Assembly: GCA_963797765.1 (NCBI GenBank)
Contig: CAWCQU010000004.1
Span: 444,094 to 508,093, forward strand
Source: an uncultured Acidobacteriota bacterium
GTDB lineage: Bacteria; Acidobacteriota; Terriglobia; Acidiferrales; UBA7541
Length of the DNA: 64,000 nucleotides
Direction: 5' to 3'
Part shown: in pieces, positions 57,993-64,000 of the stretch
How positions within the stretch are numbered: the first letter of the stretch is position 1
How the letters are laid out: each line of letters begins with the position of its first letter
The notes under the pieces: generated by a model
What the model was told of the DNA's origin: nothing
Seen by the model: only the letters and a program-made list of their open reading frames with translations
The model's database searches: none
Made by a program: the position numbers and the translations under genes

Positions 57993-58691
57993 ATGTCAGA
58001 CATTGAAAAGCCGCGGCCGGGGAAGGGCGTGCTGGAAGCGGATGAGCGAACGTCCGGACCGTCCACGAATGGCGACGGACCAGGCGGGTTTTCGCGACGG
58101 GCATTTATTCGCGGCACGGGAATCGCGGGAATCGCGGCTTCGGCGGGGGTGTTGATCGGAGAAGAGATTCTGAAGGCGAGCACCGGGGCAGCGGGCGGAG
58201 TGGTGGGGCCGGGAGCGGTGGCGATCACTCTGAATGTGAATGGGCAAGCGCACCAGTTGAATTTGGAGCCGCGGGTGACGCTGCTGGATGCATTGCGGGA
58301 CCGGCTGGATTTAACCGGGGCGAAGAATGTTTGTGATCGTGGGACGTGCGGGGCTTGCACGGTGATCGCGGATGGTAAGGCGATTTATTCGTGCACCACT
58401 TTAGCGATTGATGCCGAAGGGCAGCGGATCGAGACGATTGAGAGTTTGGCGCCGGAGGGACATCTGCATCCGGTCTCGCAGGCGTTTGTGGATAATGACG
58501 CGCAACAGTGCGGATTTTGCACGCCTGGATTTGTGATGGCGTGCAAAGCGCATCTCGATCACGAGCCGCATCCGACGGCGGAAACGATGCATCGCGCGCT
58601 GGGCGGGAATCTGTGCCGCTGCGGAACCTACATTGGGATGCGCAAAGCAGTGCTGGAAGCCGCGACGAAAATGAAAGGAGGGCGAGCCTAA
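57993..58691 (+). CDS. (2Fe-2S)-binding small subunit of a xanthine dehydrogenase / aldehyde oxidoreductase-family enzyme, with a TAT signal
   Basis: SRRAFIRGTGIAGIAASAGV twin-arginine signal; CDRGTCGACTV and CGFCTPGFVM...CRCGTY cluster motifs. Confidence 0.85.
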   Translation: MSDIEKPRPGKGVLEADERTSGPSTNGDGPGGFSRRAFIRGTGIAGIAASAGVLIGEEILKASTGAAGGVVGPGAVAITLNVNGQAHQLNLEPRVTLLDALRDRLDLTGAKNVCDRGTCGACTVIADGKAIYSCTTLAIDAEGQRIETIESLAPEGHLHPVSQAFVDNDAQQCGFCTPGFVMACKAHLDHEPHPTAETMHRALGGNLCRCGTYIGMRKAVLEAATKMKGGRA

Positions 58692-60826
58692 TGGCTGACT
58701 ATCACTGGCCGCCGGCTGACAAACGCAGCCTGATCGGCAAACGAATCTCGCGCATTGACGGGCCGTGGAAAGCTTCCGGCCGCGCAAAATATTCTTTTGA
58801 CGTGAACCGGCCGGGAATGCTCTACGGCAAGATGCTGTTTTCGCCGTACGCGCACGCGGTGGTGGTGAAACTCGATACCACGGAAGCGGAAAAAATGCCG
58901 GGCGTGAAAGCAATTCACAAATTCCTCGAAGGCGGAACAGATACGGATGTGAAGTGGCAGGGCCAGGAAATCGTGGCGGTGGCCGCTGAAACGGAAGAGC
59001 AGGCGCGCGATGCGGTGCGAAAGATTCACATCGAGTTTGCGCCGCTTTCGTTTTTAGTGGCGGATACGGATCCCGAAAAGGCCGGCAAGGAATATACGCA
59101 AGCGAGCGCCGAACAGACCACCGGCGATCCCGCGAAAGGATTCCAGGAAGCCGAGGTGACCATCGAAGGGCACTATGGCGCGCGCGTGATCACCCATTGC
59201 TGCCTGGAATCGCACGGCCAGGTGACGGAATGGGAAGGCGACACGCTCAACGTTTGGGCCTCGACTCAGAACCTGACTGGTATCGCCGGAGAATATGCCG
59301 GAGCGCTCAAGATCCCCGCGAATAAAGTTCACATTGTGACGCCGGTGATGGGCGGCGGATTTGGAAGCAAATTTCCGGCGGATAGCTGGGGAATCGCGTG
59401 CGCGCAGTTGGCGAAAAAAACGGGGCGGCCGGTGAAGATGATGCTCGAGCGCGACCAGGAGTTGCTGGCGGCGGGAGCGCGTCCTTCGCTGCACGCTCGC
59501 GTGAAAGTGGGCGCGAAAAGCGATGGCACGCTGACCGCGTGGGAATCGCGGTCGTGGGGAACGGGCGGAGTGATCGATGCGGGAGCGCCGAATCTTCCGT
59601 ATGTGTTTCGCGTGCCGAATCGCAGCTCGCAACATACTATCGTGCGCACCAATATCGGTCCGGCTCGCGCGTGGCGGGCGCCGAATCACCCGCAAATGTG
59701 TTTGATCACCATGTCGGCGCTTGATGATCTGGCGGCGAAACTAAAGATGGATCCGGTGGATTTCTATCAGAAGAACATTGCGATCACCGGGGACCGTGCG
59801 TCGAATTACGCGGAAGAACTGGTGAAGGCTTCCGAAATCATGGAATGGAAGAAGAAATGGCACCCGCGCGGCGACACGGCGAGCGGGCCGATCAAGCGCG
59901 GTATGGGCGTTTCGATTCATACCTGGGGAGGTCGCGGACACCAGAGCAATTGCGCAGCGCTGATTCATTCGGATGGCTCGGCGGAGGTTTCCCTCGCAAG
60001 CCAAGACCTGGGCACGGGTACGCGCACGGTGATCGGAATCGTGGCGGCGGAATCGTTTGGCCTGCCGCTCGAAGCGGTGAAAGTAAATATCGGCGACAGC
60101 CGCTATCCGCCTTCCGGCCCTTCGGGCGGTTCGACCACGGTGGGCGGGGTTAGTTCCTCGACGCGGCGCGCCTCGATTGATGCGTTGAATCAACTCTTTG
60201 AGAAAGTTGCGCCGTCGCTGGACACGAAGCCCGATCAACTGGAAGCGGTGGGCGGCCGGGTGCGCGTGATTGGGAATCCGGCTAAGAGTATGACCTGGAA
60301 GCAGGCCTGCGCGAAGATCGGCACCACGCCGATCACGGGAACGGGCAAGACCAGCCCGGATTTGATTTCAAGCAGCGTGGGCGGCGTGCAAATGGCGGAA
60401 GTGACCGTGGATACGGAAACGGGAATCGTACACATGGAAAAAATGGTTGCGGTGCAGGATTGCGGATTGGTGATCGACGCGAAGACGGCGGAGAGCCAGG
60501 TGTTCGGCGCTTGCATCATGGGCGTGACGTACTCTTTGTTCGAAGAGAAAATCATGGATGACCTGACCGGGAAATGCCTGAATCCGAATATGGAGTTTTA
60601 CAAGCTGGCCGGGATCGCCGACGTGGGAGAAATTGTGGTGCACATGATGAGCGGGCCGGGCTACGACGATCGCGGAGTGATTGGACTGGGCGAGCCGCCA
60701 ACGATTTCACCGGGCGCGGCGATTTCAAACGCCGTCGCGAACGCGATCGGAGTGCGCGTGCCGGAACTGCCGATCACGCCCGAGCGCGTGCTGGCCGCGC
60801 TGGAAGCGAAAGGAGGCGCTGCTTAA
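58691..60826 (+). CDS. molybdopterin-binding large subunit of the same enzyme
   Basis: Start ATG overlaps the small-subunit stop (TAATG). Aldehyde oxidase/XDH a/b hammerhead and Moco domains. Confidence 0.9.
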   Translation: MADYHWPPADKRSLIGKRISRIDGPWKASGRAKYSFDVNRPGMLYGKMLFSPYAHAVVVKLDTTEAEKMPGVKAIHKFLEGGTDTDVKWQGQEIVAVAAETEEQARDAVRKIHIEFAPLSFLVADTDPEKAGKEYTQASAEQTTGDPAKGFQEAEVTIEGHYGARVITHCCLESHGQVTEWEGDTLNVWASTQNLTGIAGEYAGALKIPANKVHIVTPVMGGGFGSKFPADSWGIACAQLAKKTGRPVKMMLERDQELLAAGARPSLHARVKVGAKSDGTLTAWESRSWGTGGVIDAGAPNLPYVFRVPNRSSQHTIVRTNIGPARAWRAPNHPQMCLITMSALDDLAAKLKMDPVDFYQKNIAITGDRASNYAEELVKASEIMEWKKKWHPRGDTASGPIKRGMGVSIHTWGGRGHQSNCAALIHSDGSAEVSLASQDLGTGTRTVIGIVAAESFGLPLEAVKVNIGDSRYPPSGPSGGSTTVGGVSSSTRRASIDALNQLFEKVAPSLDTKPDQLEAVGGRVRVIGNPAKSMTWKQACAKIGTTPITGTGKTSPDLISSSVGGVQMAEVTVDTETGIVHMEKMVAVQDCGLVIDAKTAESQVFGACIMGVTYSLFEEKIMDDLTGKCLNPNMEFYKLAGIADVGEIVVHMMSGPGYDDRGVIGLGEPPTISPGAAISNAVANAIGVRVPELPITPERVLAALEAKGGAA

Positions 60827-61840
60827 ATGAAAGCTTTCGCATATGCAAGTCCATCGTCGCTGGCGGATGCGTTTCCGTTGCTGGGTTCGAATTGGGGCGC
60901 GACGGAAGTGATGGCCGGCGGCACCGACCTGATCAGCTTGATGAAGGAAAATGTTGCGCTGCCGGACCGCGTGGTCAACATCAAAAAGATTCGCGAACTC
61001 GAAGGGATTCGTGAAACCAAGGAAGGACTGCGGATCGGGGCGCTGGTGAAGTTCGAAGAGCTTGAAGCGAACAAAACCATCGCCGCGGAATATCCGGCGC
61101 TGCACCAAGCGATTCGCGAAGTGGCCAGCCCGCAGATTCGCAATATGGGCACGATTGGAGGGAATCTGTGCCAGCGGCCGCGGTGCTGGTATTACCGCGC
61201 GGGATTTGGATTGCTGGCGCGCGATGAGCAGGGGAAAGCTCTGGTGCCCGACGGCGACAATCGTTATCACGCGATTTTCGGAAATTCGGGGCCCGCGTAT
61301 TTCGTGAGTCCTTCGACCGTCGCGCCAGTGTGGATTGCACTGGGAGCGAAACTGCGGATTGCGGGGCCGGGCGGGGTGCGGACGATTCCGGTGGAAAAGT
61401 TCTTCGTGATCCCGAAAAGCGAGACCGAGCGTGAACACGCCATTGCGCCGAATGAAATCATCACCGAAATTGTGATTCCATCGTCCTCACGTGGATTGCG
61501 CAGCGCCACGTACGAGGTGCGGCAGAAGGAACAATTCGATTGGCCGCTCGCCATGGCGACTGTGGCTCTGCGGATGAAGGGCGAGACGGTTGAGAGCGCT
61601 CGCATTGTGATGGGACATGTGGCGCCGATTCCGTGGGTGGCGACCGATGCAGAGCAGTGGCTGGCGGGAAAAACGCTGAACGAGGCGAATTCCGCGAAGG
61701 CAGCGGACGCGGCAGTTGCGAATGCCACGCCGCTGAGCCGCAATCGCTATAAAGTGCAACTCGCTCGCGTAGCTGTGAAGCGCGCGCTGATCGCGGCATC
61801 CGCACATCACGCTGCAGCCGCCGCGAAGGGAGGCGAATAA
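60827..61840 (+). CDS. FAD-binding subunit (CoxM/PaoB-like) of the same enzyme
   Basis: FAD-binding PCMH-type domain (AGGTDLISLMK..), CO dehydrogenase flavoprotein C-terminal domain. Confidence 0.85.
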   Translation: MKAFAYASPSSLADAFPLLGSNWGATEVMAGGTDLISLMKENVALPDRVVNIKKIRELEGIRETKEGLRIGALVKFEELEANKTIAAEYPALHQAIREVASPQIRNMGTIGGNLCQRPRCWYYRAGFGLLARDEQGKALVPDGDNRYHAIFGNSGPAYFVSPSTVAPVWIALGAKLRIAGPGGVRTIPVEKFFVIPKSETEREHAIAPNEIITEIVIPSSSRGLRSATYEVRQKEQFDWPLAMATVALRMKGETVESARIVMGHVAPIPWVATDAEQWLAGKTLNEANSAKAADAAVANATPLSRNRYKVQLARVAVKRALIAASAHHAAAAAKGGE

Positions 61841-61842
61841 TC

Positions 61843-62094
61843 ATGCCGTTCGATCCCACCACTAAGCCCGGCACGGCCGGGCGGCCCGGCTTGATCGCGT
61901 TGATTCGCGAAGGCGAAGTGTGCCGCTGTTTGCGCTCAAAGAAGATTTTTTATCAAACGGAAGCGGACGAAGCGGAAGCGGCGAGTGGCGCACCTTTCTG
62001 GTGCCAGTTGACGCAGACTGTGATTGGGCCGGATCGACAGATTGTGGGCCTTGACCATTGCCGGCCTGGACGCAGTTGCTGCGAGACTGCTTAG
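61843..62094 (+). CDS. small Cys-rich hypothetical protein (83 aa), start coupled to the stop of the FAD subunit
   Basis: TAATCATG junction. Seven Cys residues (CRC...C...C...CC). Confidence 0.4.
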   Translation: MPFDPTTKPGTAGRPGLIALIREGEVCRCLRSKKIFYQTEADEAEAASGAPFWCQLTQTVIGPDRQIVGLDHCRPGRSCCETA

Positions 62095-62185
62095 GCAGTG
62101 CCTCAAGATAACAACCGCTGCAATCGCGATTTGATTCGACTGTCTTAGAGTGGGAAAATGAAGGTTCGATCTTGGGAGGTATGCC

Positions 62186-62860
62186 ATGAATGTAAAAGCA
62201 ATTTTAACCGTGCTGGCTGTGGCGTTTTTGATTCCGGCGGTTTCATTTGCCGCGCCGGGCGCGACGATCTCCGGCAGCTACGTGGAATTCCGCAACGCGG
62301 ACGTCTACACCGGGCCTTGCTTTGCCATGGGCGAAGTTGGATTGACGGGACAGGAAGCGGTGCTGGCCTGGCACATTGCCGAAGGCAATTGGTCTGGAGT
62401 CTCGATTGAAGGACTGAATGTTGTGGCCGTGGTCCGCGCAAGTGCGACGATCGGCGATCCTTATGCGAATCCGCTTCCCGCCCGCGCCGTGATGTTGCTT
62501 GACGCTCGCGCAAATGACGCCCAACGCGCCGCTTTGGTTGAGTTCGCGCAAGCTCAGTCTCCCGCCCTGCTTGGCAATATCATCGCGGTGGAATCGCAGC
62601 CGATCACGTTCACCGCTGGCGCGCAGCACGGCGCTGTCTCCGTCACCGCCGGCAACTTGCTCCAGCTTTCCACCCGATCACTAAACGAAGGCGATGCGAT
62701 CTGCCACAACGAAGCGGTGTTCTACCAGCCGCTCGCCGCCCACCTAGTCCACTCGATGCCGGTAGTCGAAACCTCGAGCACCTATAACGGCAATCATCTT
62801 GGAGTCACCTGGAACGATTCCGGCCGGCGCAGCTCCTTCGTCGGCTCCTTCGCCGAATAG
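62186..62860 (+). CDS. secreted hypothetical protein
   Basis: Signal peptide MNVKAILTVLAVAFLIPAVSFA; SD GGGAGG. Confidence 0.55.
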   Translation: MNVKAILTVLAVAFLIPAVSFAAPGATISGSYVEFRNADVYTGPCFAMGEVGLTGQEAVLAWHIAEGNWSGVSIEGLNVVAVVRASATIGDPYANPLPARAVMLLDARANDAQRAALVEFAQAQSPALLGNIIAVESQPITFTAGAQHGAVSVTAGNLLQLSTRSLNEGDAICHNEAVFYQPLAAHLVHSMPVVETSSTYNGNHLGVTWNDSGRRSSFVGSFAE

Positions 62861-63096
62861 CGGATTCGAACAAATTGTTCATCGTCGCTCCCCAGGCGGA
62901 GAGCTCTGCGATTTTTGCGCGGGTGCTAAATTCAAAAACCAGTTGAAAGAACTTGCATTGGCCGGTTGTTCCGGGCGTAGATTTGTTGTGGAGGTTACTT
63001 TCTGGAAGCGAGGTCGCCAGCGAGTGACTCCTGCAGAAACCACTCTCAGGATTCAGTTGCACCGGAGCCCGAACCCGTCGTTCAATTGAATCCTCC

Positions 63097-63636
63097 ATGT
63101 ATGTCTGCCCAAAATGCGAGCAATCGATCAACCAGGCCAGCGAACTGTGCCCCTATTGTGGCGCCGACCTTACCGCGGTAGAAGAACCGGAAGCGCAAAC
63201 GGGAAAGAAACGCAGCTTGGCCAAAGCGCTGATTCTGTGGGGAGTGGCGATCGGTTTCCTGTGGCTAATGGTGTGGATCGCGCTGCCATTGCGCATGCTG
63301 AATCCGACCATGCAGTCGGAAAGCCACGCGCTGGAAGCTCTGAAAAACCTACGCGCTTCACTTTCGGACTATTCCGGATCGGAAGGCGCTTACCCTCCGT
63401 CGCTCGATGCGATGGGCAATTCCGCGGCGCACGCCGCCGCTCAATGGGCGCTGAGCGCCGGATACCAAATGCAATACACTCCCGCGCAGCCGGGCGATGA
63501 CGGGCGCGTGCATGGCTACACGCTTGTTGCCCGGCCGAGCAATTACGGATTCCGCAGCTTTTTCTGCGACGAAACGGGCATTGTGCGTTACACGCGCGAA
63601 GACCGGCCCGCCACCGCGCAAGATCCCCCCATCTAG
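63097..63636 (+). CDS. membrane protein with an N-terminal zinc ribbon (CPKC...CPYC) and one TM helix
   Basis: MYVCPKCEQSINQASELCPYCGADL, TM ALILWGVAIGFLWLMVWIALPL. Confidence 0.5.
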   Translation: MYVCPKCEQSINQASELCPYCGADLTAVEEPEAQTGKKRSLAKALILWGVAIGFLWLMVWIALPLRMLNPTMQSESHALEALKNLRASLSDYSGSEGAYPPSLDAMGNSAAHAAAQWALSAGYQMQYTPAQPGDDGRVHGYTLVARPSNYGFRSFFCDETGIVRYTREDRPATAQDPPI

Positions 63637-63695
63637 CTATCACCGTGTGCCCACTCGAAAATCATCGCTCGCGAATAAGCCTTGCCACCAGGCGC

Positions 63696-64000
63696 GTGAG
63701 CGCAATCTTGTTCGCGATCTTGTGCTTTTCTCTGCTCGCCGGTGCGCAGCAATCGAGCAAAGATGAACCAGGCGGGCAGACGACTTCACAAACTTCAAGC
63801 CAAAATACCGAACAGCAAAAAAAAGACGACATGCAGGACATGCCCGGAATGGATCATCACCGCATGGCCGGCGCACCGGCGGGCCAGCACGATCGAATGC
63901 ACAAGCACCAGGAAACTTTTCTTCAGGAAATTGTTCATCACGGTACTTCGGGCACAAGCGCGGAGCCCAATTCCACTCCGCATGACATGCTGATGACCAG
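63696..64000 (+). CDS. Partial (runs off the right edge) secreted His/Met-rich protein with a CopB/PcoB-like N-terminal MDHH motif
   Basis: GTG/TTG start, signal peptide SAILFAILCFSLLAGAQQ, then ...MQDMPGMDHHRMAG...DRMHKHQ.... Not in the ORF track because the window edge truncates it. Confidence 0.35.
   Translation, partial: MSAILFAILCFSLLAGAQQSSKDEPGGQTTSQTSSQNTEQQKKDDMQDMPGMDHHRMAGAPAGQHDRMHKHQETFLQEIVHHGTSGTSAEPNSTPHDMLMT

Noticed and set aside
1-64000. CRISPR arrays, rRNA or tRNA genes, prophage or integrase genes
   Set aside because: No regularly spaced direct repeats, no tRNA-like cloverleaf or T-arm (GGTTCGAATCC-type) motifs, and no integrase or transposase reading frames were seen. 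The only tandem repeats are coding ones (the TonB Pro-rich units and the Ig-domain repeats).

Overview
This is a 64 kb, GC-rich (about 60 percent) bacterial chromosomal segment with dense coding on both strands. It has no rRNA, tRNA, CRISPR array or transposase. The gene content (giant 'choice-of-anchor' surface protein, PEP-CTERM-like motif, several ECF sigma/anti-sigma pairs, DUF4097 and DUF4139 partner proteins) suggests Acidobacteriota; this is an inference. Housekeeping genes are lysS (partial at the left edge), aroK, recG, rsmD, rpsA-ihfB, dnaK ... dnaJ-hspR, dsbA-like and a DnaC-like ATPase. There are three ECF sigma/anti-sigma modules (2316-4489 on the plus strand, 9900-15224 on the minus strand, 53614-57715 on the minus strand). 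Each has an unusual anti-sigma C-terminal domain and/or beta-helical partner proteins. A yceI / type III PKS / ICMT-type methyltransferase / FAD oxidoreductase cluster (47861-53473) looks like the srsABC or bpsAB phenolic-lipid systems. A TAT-exported three-subunit molybdenum hydroxylase lies at 57993-61840. I could explain none of the following from gene annotation alone: (1) a family of nested stem-loop REP-like repeats (CCCGAY-N7-RTCGGG followed by CGAGGAA) at five or more intergenic sites, with associated mosaic modules; (2) a conserved 21-nt motif AAGCTCCGACCYCCTAARAAC next to a GGAGC hairpin, found three times just downstream of minus-strand genes; (3) a roughly 1.4 kb low-GC island carrying a GNAT gene with atypical codon usage, plus a degenerate duplicate of its 3' end about 3 kb away; (4) at least five genes interrupted by single-base frameshifts, four of them exactly between an N-terminal signal peptide or anchor and the mature domain, one at a T7 homopolymer; (5) a dnaK locus with no grpE but two unknown small ORFs, and an HspR-operator-like inverted repeat in the dnaK promoter. 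Edge-truncated ORFs (lysS at the left edge, a His/Met-rich gene at the right edge) are missing from the ORF track. Several track ORFs are antisense shadows of real genes.
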